Shown piece after piece: positions 24,643 through 37,611 of a stretch of DNA of 64,000 nucleotides (the first letter of the stretch is position 1; each line of letters opens with the position of its first letter). Source of the stretch: Macrostomum lignano (taxonomy: Eukaryota); contig NIVC01003083.1 of the NCBI GenBank assembly GCA_002269645.1, positions 56,808-120,807 on the forward strand, written 5' to 3'. The position numbers and the translations under genes are program-made. Below the pieces are notes generated by a model. The model worked only from the letters and a program-made list of their open reading frames with translations. It did not search any database and was not told the DNA's origin.

Positions 24643-25567
24643 CAGGAATGGGCAGACTTTTACTTCAAAAGCCAGATAAAGAATCCAGTATCCAGCTTAT
24701 GTGCGGGCCAGATGAGAGTGGAAAGGAGAAGGAATAGACTATTAGAAGAGAGGAGAGGCGAGAGGGGGATATGAGAAAACATGGAATATAAGAGGAGAGA
24801 AAAGTGTCCTCTGTATTAGCAAAAAGTGGTGAGGAGAGAGCAGAGAAGAAGGGAGGAAGAAGCGAGAGGAGGGGAGAAAGGAGGGAGAGGAAAGAGTAAA
24901 GGTGAGAAGAGGGGAGAGATGAGACAGAGGATCGATGAGAGGAGAGTAGAGAAGAGTGAGAAGAGAGTAGAGATGAGAGAGCAGAAAGAAGATGACAGAG
25001 GGTCAAGAGGAGAGGAGAGATTAGAGAGGAGAGAGTAGAAAGGATAGAAAAGAGAGGAGATAAGAGGGGGAGAGAAGGGGTGAGAAGAGAAGAGATAGAG
25101 ATAAGAGAGTGGTGTAAGAAGATGGGAGAAAGGAGAGATGAGAGAGTAAAGGGATGAGGAGGAGAGAGGAAAAAGATGAGATTGTAGAGATGAGACAGAT
25201 GAAAGAAGAGATGAGAGATGAAAAAGGTGAGAGAAGAGTGCAGAGAGACGAGAGAAGACAATAGAGGAGAGAGAGAGTATAGAAGAGGGAAGAGAAAAGA
25301 AGAGAGGAGTAAGGAAAGAGAGGAGTCAGAAGAGATGAAAGAGAAGAGTACAGAGGAGATAAGTGAGAGAACGTATAAGAGAGTAAAGATGACAGATGAG
25401 AGAGCAGATGAACAGACGAGAGATGGGAGAGTACAGAGAACAGAGGAGAGATAAGAGAGAAGAGATTACAGAGACTAGAGGAGAGAGGAGAGACAGGGAG
25501 AGAGAAGAGGAAATAGGAGAATGAAGAGGGGAGAGAGTAGAGAGGAGAAGAGAGATTGGAGAGAGAT

Positions 25568-25628
<61 letters not shown>

Positions 25629-26101
25629 CAGAGCAGATAGAAACGAGAAGAGATAAGAGAGAAAAGATAAAAGAAGAGAAAGGAGAGATGAAAGAGCAGA
25701 CGAGAGAGAAGAGAGGTGAGGGAAGAGACGAGCGACGAGGGGAGAGAGAAGATATAAAACAAGAAAAGAGATGAGAGGAAAGAGAGATAGGAAAGAGGTG
25801 AGGGAAGAGACGAGAGAAGAGGGGAGAGAGGAAAGAGTAGAGAGGAGAGATGAGAGAGTAGAGGAGAGAGTTAAGAGAAGAGAGAAAAGAATAGAGAGGA
25901 GAAGGATAGAGGATAGGGAAGAGAGATGAAACAGAAGAGAGATGAGGGAAGATACAAGAGAAGAGAGGAGAGAGGAGAGAAGAGAGAGGAGAGAGGAGAG
26001 ACGAGGGATGAGAGAGAAGAAAGAAAAGAGACGATAGAAATTTTAAAGGATCCAAGGGACATAGGGAGAGTCAGGGAGAGGCCAGAGTTTGCCAATACAT
26101 G
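24643..26101. mobile_element. hAT-like MITE containing a ~1.3-kb GA-rich tract (24720-26040)
   Basis: Degenerate TIRs CAGGAATGGGCAGACT..AGTTTGCCAATACATG. Flanks TTTCCAAG/TTTTAGAG match 5/8. Internal GATAAAGAA.CC and GGGCCAGAT motifs are shared with the MITE at 29381. Confidence 0.5.
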
Positions 26102-27187
26102 TTTTAGAGTCAGACAGACATTGCCTGGCATTCTATGGAGTACCATATCATACCATACCATAACAATATCAACGTTTGCCTCAAACCTTAATTTTACACG
26201 AATGTGCTCCATTTTATGTCTACCTCTATGCTACTATTAATTTGTTTGTGTATGGCCTTAGATTTCAGAATGCATGCAAAAGTAGTTCCGGGGATTAGAA
26301 TTCCCCGGGTTCAAAATCCGCGGGTTTCAACAGCTTGTTGCAGTATAAAAATAAAAAAATGATTTCTAAAAGAGCAGTTTTTATTTTCAGATCTCTCTCT
26401 CTCTCTCAGGTCTCGAAAATTAACCAATATTTGCGCCGTTCAGAACTGTAAAAAAGTTTTAGTTTTATTCCAGTATAACAAAAAGTGAAGAAAAAACGGT
26501 CTATTATTGAACTTCAAAATAGGAAAAATAAGTGAAATATATTGCACATTCAAAAATAATACTTAAAAACCGAAATTAAAGGAGTGACGCATAAAAAATA
26601 TTTTTCTTTAATACTGTTCCTAGAAAATTAATTCAAAGTCCAAATTAGGCATTGATTTTAAAACAGGTTAATGAGGGTAAGACTAACAATTCACGAAATT
26701 ACGATATTACATTCGTTGAGTTTCGAATTAGTTGTATTTGATATAAAAATACTAGTGCAAATACAGAGTCCTTTCAACTGCTGCATCGTCACTGTTTATA
26801 TTTATTTCGTTTTAAGTAAGTTTAGGCTAGGCCTAGGGCCTAGAGCCTCAGGCTGAGCAGCTAAACTAGTTAACTAGGCCTGGCCTGCCTAGGCATATAG
26901 GCCTGTCTAGGCTTATAAACTAAAGCTGGGGTTTTTTTCTCTTTCGCTGGCTCTAAGATTTGAAATCGCATCTAGGCTCCAGCATTCAGTATAAATGCAA
27001 TTTTTTGAACCTAGGATATAATTGCATTTAAGAGTCCAAGACCAAGGACTGGTTGCTATTTCAAGATACAATTGGCAAGGTCAGGATGCTATATAGCCTA
27101 GGCCTAGATCTATAGCATCCCTAGGTTCTATTAGCCTACACAGGTGCAGCTTTTAGGCCCTAATCATAAAAGTATAGGCGCTATAAT

Positions 27188-27782
27188 GGCAATAGTGCAG
27201 TTTCATTCGCGAAATTATTTTTCGTTTAAATTTGAAAGTTTGAAACCAGAAAACAATAACAACGATGTTTTAAACCATTCTAGGCCTAGCAACTGTGTCA
27301 AAGCTCACTGGTCACGGAACTTTAAAGCAAATGGGCGCTCTATTAATATACTTTTTTATTAAATCTGTTCCATGCTTAAATGCTACTTGAGTTGAAATGC
27401 AAGTTGTCTATGGAAAAAATAGTTAAAAAAATTGAAAGGAGCTCAAGTGGGGGGGGGGCTTGAACTATTTCCCTTTAGCTGAGAAGCTGTTAATATAATA
27501 TCTGCTTTTTCTTTTGGACAACATATTGTATCATGGCTGGACAACTACTAAGACCCTCGTGGATAGTTCCGCCAAATGTGGAACAGTGCCCAGTGACAAG
27601 CTCTGTATCCGCCACTAGAACACAATGACGAGTTGGCAAGTTTGGCAACCAGGAAGCTAAAAACTCTGCCACAATCGTTAGAATAGTTTAAAACATCAAT
27701 TTTATTGTTGTTATTGTTTTCTGGTTCCAAACTTTCAAATTTAAACAAAAAATAATTTCGTGAATGAAACTGCACTATTGCC
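27188..27782. mobile_element. Merlin-type MITE, 595 bp
   Basis: ~100-bp TIRs starting GGCAATAGTGCAG; perfect 8-bp TSD GCTATAAT at 27180-27187 and 27783-27790. GG termini with an 8-bp TSD fit Merlin. Confidence 0.8.
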
Positions 27783-29380
27783 GCTATAATATATATAAAA
27801 AATTAAAAGGGAGCCATAATAGACACTAGACTAGAGCCTAGAGCCAAGAAGAGGGCCACTATAATATACATTAAAGGGGTGCCATAATGTACTCTAGACG
27901 ACTAGAGAGATGCCATAATAGCACTAGAAAACAGTAGTAGACCTCTTAGATATTTTAAGTAGAGAGAAGGAATAGATCTAAATTCTAAAAAGTTTTTTAT
28001 CAGACCTATGGCTATGCTATAGCTTTCCATTCCATTCCAAATACCTAAAAAGAAGTTTTGATTATTTTTTTAAGTATAATATTAGTATAATGCTTTATAA
28101 ATGATATAGCTTTGTTTTTAAAGAAAATATATTGGGGCCTAACTTTAAGTTAGTCTAATTTTCTTGTTAGTTGTTATTTGTCTAGTGACTGGACAAATAG
28201 CCTTTTTGCTATTTGTCCAGTTAAATTGCTAACACAAGTATCTATTTGTTTTGTGATGAATATTCTAAATTTTTAAGGCCTTTTTTGTATACTGATTAAT
28301 ATTTTGTTGTATAGTATTACTAGTAAGCAAAGCAGTGTATTATTCAATTTGGCATAATTTTATAAGACACACTAGTATAACAACATATTATTAAAGATAT
28401 GAGTAAGAAGTATTTGAAGTCTAAGAATATTTCCCCCTTGTAGTTTCTATAAAATAGATATTTTAGCATTATCAATTTAACTAGACAAATAACAAAATGC
28501 CTATTTGTCTGATAATAACTGGATGAATAAAAAAGCATGGTCATTATCTAGTAACCAGACAAATAACAACTGCCAATTTTCTCCTAATCTAATTTATATT
28601 TCTATTATTTTCATACATGTGCAACCTTCAAAATTTGGTTGGCCGTGGATCATAGTGCATATATTATGGCTTGAATAGCCCTTAACCCTTTCATCACCCT
28701 CTTATCCTCCTCTTAGTATGGCTTCATTGGTTGGCTTTTACTAAAGTTAAGGTAGCTTAAAAGCTCTGCTTAGCTAGATGTCTTGTATAAGCCCTTGGTC
28801 TCCACCCCTTCATCCCCCCCTCTGCACTACTATAGACTAGCAATATGATTAAAAAATAGAATTAAAAAGGGTTGGAACTATTATTTGACTATTAAAAGAT
28901 TGTTAATTTTAAATATTAGAAAAATAAGGTCAGTTTTTTCACTTCATATCAATTCAAATACAAGGACTATTGGCAATGCACTGATTGTTTTAGCTAAGTA
29001 TCTATTTGAATAAGTTTAGAAATTGTAGAACAACACAAGCCATAAATAGCCTAAATGTGCAATATATGATATAGAAGCATTAACACACTATATGAAAATG
29101 GGATATAAATATTGAAGATGAAATGAAAAATTGTTTTAACTATGGTTTTTTATGACTTAAAATTCTTTTAATTCTTAACTTCTTAACTCATTTGCCAAAA
29201 ACTCATAAAATAGCTATAATGTGATATCTTAGTCTAGGTAATAGGTATTTTCATAATTTTCTTGTGCTATAGAAAATTCTATGATTGCCACGTATTGACT
29301 GTACTGCAATATTGAAAAATGCAAAAACTATAACAAATGGCCATTTGCAATTTTCACTATGTTCCAAATAGAGGCTAAGC

Positions 29381-29746
29381 CAATGGTTGGCAAACTGTTT
29401 ACCTTAAGGGCCAAATAAAGAACCTAAGGCATGGCTGCAAGGATAGGATGAAGAATAGGGAAGAGAAATATGAGAAAGGAGAGGTGAGGAAAAGTAGAAG
29501 AGAGGAGAGGAGAGAAGAAAGATAAGAGTCTGAGAGTAGAGGGAGAGGAGAAAAGGGAGAGGCAAGGAGAAATGGGAGGAGATGAAGAGGAGAATAGAGA
29601 TAAGATAAAGTGAGAGAAGAAAACTGCAGAGACACAAACCTAAAGTGGGCCGGATTGCTATTGTGAAGTTTCAAAAGACCTGAGGGCCAGATAGAGAGGC
29701 TTTGTGGGCTGCATGTGGCCCACAGGCCAGAGTGTGCTGACCCTTG
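29381..29746. mobile_element. hAT (Charlie/Tip100-like) MITE with an internal GA-rich tract
   Basis: TIRs CAATGGTTGGCAAACT / AGTGTGCTGACCCTTG; perfect 8-bp TSD GGCTAAGC at 29373-29380 and 29747-29754; subterminal GGCCCACAGGCC. Confidence 0.82.
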
Positions 29747-30216
29747 GGCTAAGCAGTTATAAATATACTACTGGTATATAACAATCCTTGTTGTAGACAA
29801 GTGTACAGATAGTTGGTTGATGCTTGAATGCGCTATAAATGTTATGTTTATAATAGTATGTACAACACAAAAGGCCAATGTATGATATAAATTCCCTGTC
29901 ATATTTTTTTCCTATAGATTGGGGCCTAACTCCTAAGGTCTAATTAGCTTGTTTCTTATATATTTATTTTAACAATTTGTAATTTTAACATATATTCATA
30001 TAACTTTAATACTACTATTGACTATTATAAATTGTTAAAACTGATAACTTGTATACTTGTTTACTTATTTAAACCCTCTCCTACGCTCGTAAATAGGCCT
30101 AAGTCATAATTCTTAGTTTAAGTTTATAAAAAGATCTGGATTGCTATGTAACATAGATCGTCAATATTCTAAATTCCATTCTAATTTTTCAGCTCATATT
30201 GTGACTGCTCACTCCA

Positions 30217-33200
30217 ATGGATAAAGGCATTGATTACAATGGATTCCAGCATGCATCTTATGACCCTGTAAGTTGTATGATAATGGAAAATGTTTGTTTT
30301 GCCATAGTCTTACTCTTACCCTAACTCTGCATTGATTGATAAGCATTAAAATTGATTTTTTAAATATATTTTTTTTTCAGACTGGTTTGCAGCCGTCCTT
30401 AGCTGGCCAGCTGGGGTTTCCATTCTACTCTGCCGACTACGGCAAGAATTACCTGCAGGATCCGCTGGTCCCCTACCAGCAGTCTGCCACTCCGTTTGCT
30501 GGTGAGTTGTGCGCTAACCTGCATGTTAATAGCGTAGGCAGAGGTGCTTATGCTTAACAAAACAAGAAATAATGCAACTGCTTATAACTACTTATTTCTG
30601 GTCATTTCAGACTGGTCATATTTCACCTCCATGGAAACTGGAGCCTATGGTGCACAACAGCAACTAGCCCAGCCTCCGTCGCAGCCGCTTCATCAGCATC
30701 ATCAACAGCAGGCTATGCCTTATCCGCCAGTTTCCTCATCAAATTCTGGCTATTTCTCTGTTTGCGACCCCGGTAACCAAGATGCACTGCCGCCTCCTAC
30801 TCGTAAGTGAAGTGCTCAAAACCAGCCATTTCTGTTGTGATGTACTTTATTTAAGCGGCGCATTAATATTAATCGTGGTTGTTTTTCAGATTCTAATCCG
30901 TCAGCTGATTTATTGTTGAACTCCAAGGTGAGCAAATTTTGTTCAATTTTTTTGTTTTTTCAGTTAGATTTATAAGCAACTGGCAACTGCCATGGAAACT
31001 GTTTCTAAGAAATGCTTTAAAGGCTCGACGATTTTATGTTTAAAGAAAGAAACAAGTTAAGCTATTTTGGTCGCGGTTAGTATGTAGCTAATCATTCAAC
31101 AAAAAATTCTTCATAGTTAAAGTAGATTATTTTTAATTTAAATTCGATCAATTTATAAATTTTAACAAATCGATCTAATTTTAGCAGACGCTTCACACTC
31201 TGCCTGGCGCCTCTGGTAATGGCAGCGCCTACCATCTGGATGGCCAGACTCATTTTCCTTTGTCTTCAGGCTTAGATCGTGAGTTACGACTTTTAATGAT
31301 TTATTGCATACTTTTCAGCTACTTATAGTAGACTTGAAGCATTTAATTCCACCGTAATTTCAATATTAAAGTTGAGATTAAATGCAGTCCCAGCCATTCT
31401 TCTTGTGCAACAATTAAAACAAGACATGTTTATGTATTGCATTGTACTTTTATTTTTTTACTTCATCACTATATTGTAGCCTAGTTGTCAGAGCGTCGAC
31501 CTCGCGACTGAAAGGTCAGAGGTTCGATTCCCGATCTCACTGAAGCAATTTGTGTCCTTAAGCAAGACACTTAACTCTGCATTGCTTCAGCTCACCCAGC
31601 TGTAAAATGGATGCCAGCATTAGCTGGGGTAATTGAGGCTGTGTGTGGCGACCCCCCCCCCCCCCAGTCCTTGGACTGAACAGCCGTACGCAGAGTCACG
31701 GGAAGTGGCAGAAAATTGCTTTGCAACAAATATGAATAATGGAAAGGCTACGGGGAAACTGTATGAAGCATGTTGCCAGTCAGCATTTGGCTTGCGAAGC
31801 GTTATAACAAATTTATCCAGTAAGCAATTATATATTTGTTTTTACCCAGCGACCGGAGTTGACTTGTCAATGCGACCTCCGTCCGAGCTTCATCCGTCGC
31901 TAGTCCAGCATCCCTATTATCAGCAGTATCATCATCAGCAGCAGCATCAGGCCTCGGTAGGCTATCAGTTGGAGCAGCCGTTGCAGCAGCCGCACCATCT
32001 GTCCTCGGCTGGGCCTGCCGCTTATCCGCCACCTCCGTCCGCCAGCGCTGCCGCTCCAGCCTGGGCGCACCGATGTCTACCATGGCAACGAGCGGGTTTG
32101 CTACAAGTTTGCCACAGCAGCATGCCAGCTTGAAGATGGACTGCCAGCCTGTTGCTGCTAGTGTCTATTCTGTGAGTTCTGTGAGAGTTTTGTTTAATTG
32201 AATGAATTATTTTTGAGGTACTGGGCTGGACGATTCTCTGGACAAAAGTGAGGGCAAGTCAACTCGAAAAAATTCGTTAGGGGTCAGCTCAGAAATGGTC
32301 AAATCGTAGATGGGGTCAACTCGCAGAGGGGGTCAACTCGTAGAGGGGTCAACTCGTAGAGGGGGTCAACTCGTAGAGGGGGTCAACTCGTAGAGGGGGT
32401 CAACTCGTACAGGGGGTCAACTCGTACAGGGGGTCAACTCTTAGAGGGGGTCAACTCGTAGAGGGAGTCAATTCGCAGAGGGGTTCAACTCGTAGAGGGG
32501 GTCAACTCGTAGAGAGGGTCAACTCGCAGAGGGGTTTAACTCGCAGAGGGGGTCAACTCGCGAAGGGGGTCAGCTCGCAGAGGGGTCAACTCGCAGAGGG
32601 GTCAACTCGCAGAGGGGGTCAGCTCTTAGAAGGTGTCAACTCGTAGAGGTCAACTAGTATAGGGGTCACTCGTAGAGGGGTCAACTTATGCTGCAGTTAG
32701 ATGTGCTGTCGTAAAAATGTCAATTCAAAGATTTGGGCAGTAAAGGATTGACCAAATCATTTCGACCGTCGCCCAATCAAAAATCTGCCGCAGGCTGCTT
32801 CAATCGGCATGTCGGACAAACTGAACCCTGGTGCCGCTGTCTCGCCCGCCAATGCCGCAGCGGCCTCGGCCGTAGCCAATTCTGCCGGCACAGATTTTGT
32901 TGGCTGTCCGACTTTTCAGGTTTGGCTATTTAAAATGATATCTTTTAGCGAATGTGACTTGAACTCTGTGTTGACTCCCTCTGTGAGTCAATCCCTCAGT
33001 TGACCCCTCTCGGAGTTGACCTCCCTATAAGTTGTTGACCCCCTCCGTGATTTAACGTCGCTTAGTTGACCCCCTGTTAGTTGATTCCCTGTAAGTTGAC
33101 TACCTGTGAGTTGACCCCCTCTGTGATATAACCCGCTGTGTTAACCCCTTCTAATCATTGACCACTCCTCTATGAGTTGTTGACCACCCCAATGTTTTGA

Positions 33201-35206
33201 CTTCGCTATGAAGTGACCCCCTCTATCAGTTGACCCTCGCTGAGTTGACCCCCTCTATCAGTTGACCCTCGCTGAGTTGACCCACTCTATCAGTAGACTC
33301 CTGTATCAGTTGACCTCCTTTATCAGTTGAATCCCTTTCAGGGTTGCTCCCTTTATGAGTTAACAAAGTAGCTCGTATGTTGATACCTAAGATTGAGGAC
33401 TCTAAATCGGAAAAATATCATTTGTACTTCACAGACGGGATTTTCATTCCCCAGTGATTATCGTTAATTTTCCCCATCCATCAAAACTTTCCAGCAGGTC
33501 AAAGAGCAGCCGCTGGAACTGCCGGCTCTGTCGGCTCCCCTGTCCGTAGCAACCGTTGCTATGCCAGCCGGACAGCCGCAGGCTAACCCGCTCTCACGTG
33601 TAGTGAAAGCTCAGGCTGTGAGCCTGCCCGGATCCGACGAAATCGATGGCGTATCTATGCCATCGGCGGCTTCCTTAGCAACGGTTGCTGGGCAGCAGCA
33701 GCAGCAGCAGAAATCTTCTACTAAGAAGAAGCGAACAGCCGGCGCACCGATGGCAACGACAGCGTCGGTCGCTGCCTCCGAAGTGCCCACAGGTGCAGCT
33801 TCAGTGGCGGCGCCTTCCAGTCTTGCCGGCAGCGGCGTTGGCAGCATGGACGACTTTGCCGAGTTCTGCTTCGGCGGCGGCGCCGGCGGCGGAGACAGTA
33901 ACTTTGACTTCGGCACCGGCGGGGACAGCGACGGCGACAGTTCGGATTTGGCCGGTTTGAGTCCCGGACAGAGGCTGGTCAGGGAGTCCGCCAGGCGGCA
34001 CGCCAATAATGCCAGAGAGAGGTGAGCGGGGTGGTGGCGGCCTCGTTTGATCTTCAATTAGATAATTAATTGCGGCGTCGTTTGATCTTTATTGTAGATA
34101 ATTAATTGCGGCGTCGTTTGATCTTTATTGTAGATAATTAATTGCGGCGTCGTTTGATCTTTATTGTAGATAATTAATTGCGGCGTCGTTTGATCTTTAT
34201 TGTAGATAGTTAATTGCGGCGTCGTTTGATCTTTATTGTAGATAATTAATTGCGGCGTCGTTTGATCTCTAATTACAAAAAAATAATTGCGGCTTTATCT
34301 TAATTAGGTGTTTAATTGCGGTAAATTGTTTGATTGACTGCGCTGTTGCTTAACAATTTATTGTTTTATACTAATTTAGTTATGTAGGACTTTTCTTAAT
34401 AAAAAATCAGATAAAATACGATATTTGCCTTTAATTTAACAATATTAATCGCAGAGTTCGAGTCCGCGACATCAATTCGGCCTTCAAAGAGTTGGGCCGC
34501 ATGACCACACTGCATATGCACCACGAGAAGCCCCAGACTAAGCTGAGTGTTCTGCAACAGGCCGTAGCTGTGATCACCGCTCTGGAGCAGCAGGTTCGAG
34601 GTCAGTTATGAACTGTTTATATTAGAATTGTATCGCTTTTTTTAACGTTGATGACATCATAAAGTAACTCAGTGATTCCACAGCCACTCTGGCTGGACTC
34701 TACGGCCCCAGAGTCGCTTCACAGTCGCAGACAATATAAAACGTTCCAAATTGACTTTTAAGGAGACTCTTTGGCGAATTTGAGTCGTCTAGATTCACTT
34801 CTTTCCTATTTTACTTCCCAGAGATTGGCCCACGGGTTATCCTGCAATTCACAGCCATTGGCGCGCTTGTCTGCTCAGGAGTCAGTGGATTGAGCAGAAT
34901 TACCGAAGGCTAGCCATACCAGCCCCCTGCAATAAATATCCTACGTTAAGTAACACGCCTAGTTTTTGTTTGCTAAAAAAGTAAGTAAAATTTTTTTCCA
35001 ACTTTCCAGAACGCAATCTCAACCCGAAGGCGGCCTGTTTAAAGAAACGCGAAGTGGACAAAGGTGCAACATCTATGCCGGAATTTTCAGCTACATCCGC
35101 AGCTTCATCGTCTGTGCCAACTCAAAGTTCAGCAGCTGTCATGGGCCTACCTGGCAATTCAAATTGTGATCCTATGGGATTTCAACAGCAGCAGCAGCAG
35201 TTCTAA
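30217..35206 (+). CDS. da: Class I bHLH E-protein (daughterless/TCF3-4-12 orthologue), 10 coding exons
   Basis: Exons 30217-30267, 30381-30501, 30611-30802, 30890-30927, 31185-31278, 31850-~32171, 32794-32919, 33495-34021, 34455-34600, 35010-35206, all GT-AG. bHLH reads [65 protein letters not shown]. One 1-nt frameshift near 32054. Confidence 0.93.
31475..31693 (+). mobile_element. Second copy of the CORE-like tRNA SINE (3'-truncated), intronic
   Basis: Collinear with 9201-9420, including GTTCGATTCC, the CORE-like segment and the poly-C GCGACCCCC..CAGT. Confidence 0.85.
32279..32686 (+). repeat. 17-bp minisatellite (GGGGGTCAACTCGTAGA)n, left arm of an inverted pair
   Basis: Direct reading; lies in the intron before exon 32794-32919. 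Confidence 0.93.
32965..33362 (-). repeat. Same minisatellite family in reverse orientation (AGTTGACCCC cores), right arm
   Basis: Repeated GAGTTGACCCCCTCT-like units are the reverse complement of the left-arm unit but more degenerate. Confidence 0.85.
34046..34275. repeat. 36-bp tandem repeat (~6 copies) in the intron splitting the bHLH domain
   Basis: GCGGCGTCGTTTGATCTTTATTGTAGATAATTAATT with 36-bp spacing (34077, 34113, ...). Confidence 0.95.
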
Positions 35207-36196
35207 ATAATTTTAGTAGGTCTCATGATATATCAAAGTTTGTGCGCTTTTTAAGCTGGCAGCTCAATATTCCTCATAATCAGTCCAACCATGTTGCATG
35301 CTATGTAATCGATATTGTTTATTTAACCATTTATTCTTGTTCGTATTTGTTATACCTTTGCCAAAACACATTCGCTAGTAACAAGAATATGTCATATAAT
35401 CTCCTTTCTTCTCTTTCAATCGTCCATTGAAAATGAAACATTTTGTTTTACACATGCAGCTCTACTAGTAAGTAGCATTTTACGCAATATATTCGTTATA
35501 TTTATAATTGTTTATTTTTTTCCAGTTCATTTTCTGAAATGAACGCATTTTATTCAATTATGAAACGTGCTTTTCTCTCTATAACAATTTGGTACGTACA
35601 GTTAATGCTGTTGTACATATCCCAGGCTGTTTGTACAACTATTTATTTAGCTTTTGAATGCACTGCTCGGTGCGCGACCTTAACTCTGTTTAATTTATTT
35701 CAAATTGTAATAAATTTATTACAAGTGATTTATCAATATCGGTCTGATGACTGACCAGCTCTACTGTCGCTTGTGCAATAAATAATACGCTGTTTTTCTG
35801 TTCATAATTATAAATTGTAATACATCTTTGTAGTTGCCAAGTTTGAAGCTGATGTCGCTTTAGCCATGCAAAATTATTATTTCGATAGCGCTTACTTGCT
35901 TGTTTATTTTTTTATAAGTTCACCCGCCCAATTCTTATAGCTTCCTTTGAAGTATTTGAAATACTAAATATCGCTTGCGTTTCAATCCAAATTCCAGATC
36001 TACTTGATTGAGATCCAATTCCTGTTCCAGATCCACTCAGTTGTTTCCCTGTTCCATATCTATTCTAAAATCTGAATTCTCTTCATTTAATTTTACTTCA
36101 TTCGCCAGTTTATCTGGGTATTAGGATCATTTTTAGTGTCAAAATTGGCATATATAAGACAGACACACACAGACAAACCATTTTTATTAGCATATA

Positions 36197-37158
36197 CCTT
36201 AGTGCGTCCAAAAAGTTTTTAGACACCCCTCCTATCTCTGCATCTGTTCAATCGATTTTTATAAAAACTTACACAAACCTGGGCTTATGTCTAATGAGTT
36301 CAGTGCTAAAGTTTCAGCTTAATCGGGTTGACAGAGCAAAAGCAATCGATCATTTACTGAGGAATCTACGAAATTAGCAATACGATTTTTGAAAAGCATC
36401 AAATCTGGACTCCAGTGGTGACATTGCAGCTCATTTTTAAAAAAATTAATCAAAATATTACTGCTTTCGCTGAGTATTGATAAATACCTTAATTGATTTA
36501 ATACTAATTCAAGCTGTAAAGGTTTAGCCATAGATTAAAGAGCAAAAAAAGAACAAAGCAGTAAGCATTCAGATGCTGAGACACGGAACCAGCCTCAGAT
36601 GGTTCAACAGCAAAAGAAGCGCCAATACGAAGTCTGCTTGCAACAAAGGGCGGCAGTTTCAGCTCTGGGAGACGAGTTCAAGAGCAGATTTCAGCACGCA
36701 GGATGAGTCCAAGAGGCCAGCGGTTTGCCAGATTCCCCCGAGCTGCAAGCGGCTGCTGAGGGGCTGATCAGAGCGACACCTAGGGATATGTGGTCGGCGT
36801 GGATTGAGGATGAGGAGTTGCCGATGCGATATGACAATGACAAGTGCATTCAACGGAATGAAGACTCTTCTGAAGATTGTCACGATTGGTGATCTGTTTT
36901 TTGAAGTTCTGGAACTCGTCAGTTTAAACTGTTTGCTCAATAACTTTTTACACTTTGTTGAGCTTAAAATCGTATTGCTAATTTCGTAGGTTCCTCAGTA
37001 AATGATCGATTGCTTTTGCTCTGTCAACCCGATTAAGCTGAAACTTTAGCACTGAATTCATTACATATTAGTCCATGTTTGTATATTTTTTTATAAAAAT
37101 CGATTGAACAGATGCAGAGATAGGAGGGGCGTCTAAGAACTTTTTGGACGCACTAAGG
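36197..37158 (+). mobile_element. Internally deleted Tc1/mariner element, 962 bp
   Basis: ~195-bp TIRs (CCTTAGTGCGTCCAAAAAG..), TA on both sides. Internal ELQAAAEGLIRATPRDMWSAWIEDEELPMRY..KCIQRNED resembles the mariner transposase C-terminus (GIxxLPxRWxKCI). Confidence 0.85.
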
Positions 37159-37611
37159 TATATATATATATTTGAAAATCAATGTAAATATTTTTAAGCA
37201 TTTGTATGCATGGGGACTGGGGAGTGCACGTTACTAGGATAGATAACTTTAGTCGAAACAAAATTTACTCAATAATATAGTGCTAAAGTAGCGTCAAACT
37301 TCCTGACATTGAGATAAAAAGAGGAAACTGTGAAAAAACACAGATGGCAGGTGTGCAAAGAAACTTGATTTGATCAATTAAAACACGTCAGTTGTTTGCA
37401 GACAGTCGCACCTACGTATCTTACGAGGAAAGAAGTGATTTTAAAGTGCAAGTATCATTGGTTAATATGTAGTGGGTAATAGTGCAGTTAAGCAGCCCTC
37501 TATTTCTCTAATTATAAAAGTCTTGAATATATTCTGGTTTTTTCAGATGGCTTTACCAATAGATCGAATAGTAACCATCTGAAATTGCTATACCGACTGA
37601 TTTGTAAATTC

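Noticed and set aside
24665-26240. Long Ser/Leu-rich and Glu/Arg-rich ORFs (also 13223-13893 and 29399-29674)
   Set aside because: Artefacts of GA/TC low-complexity tracts that lack stop codons.
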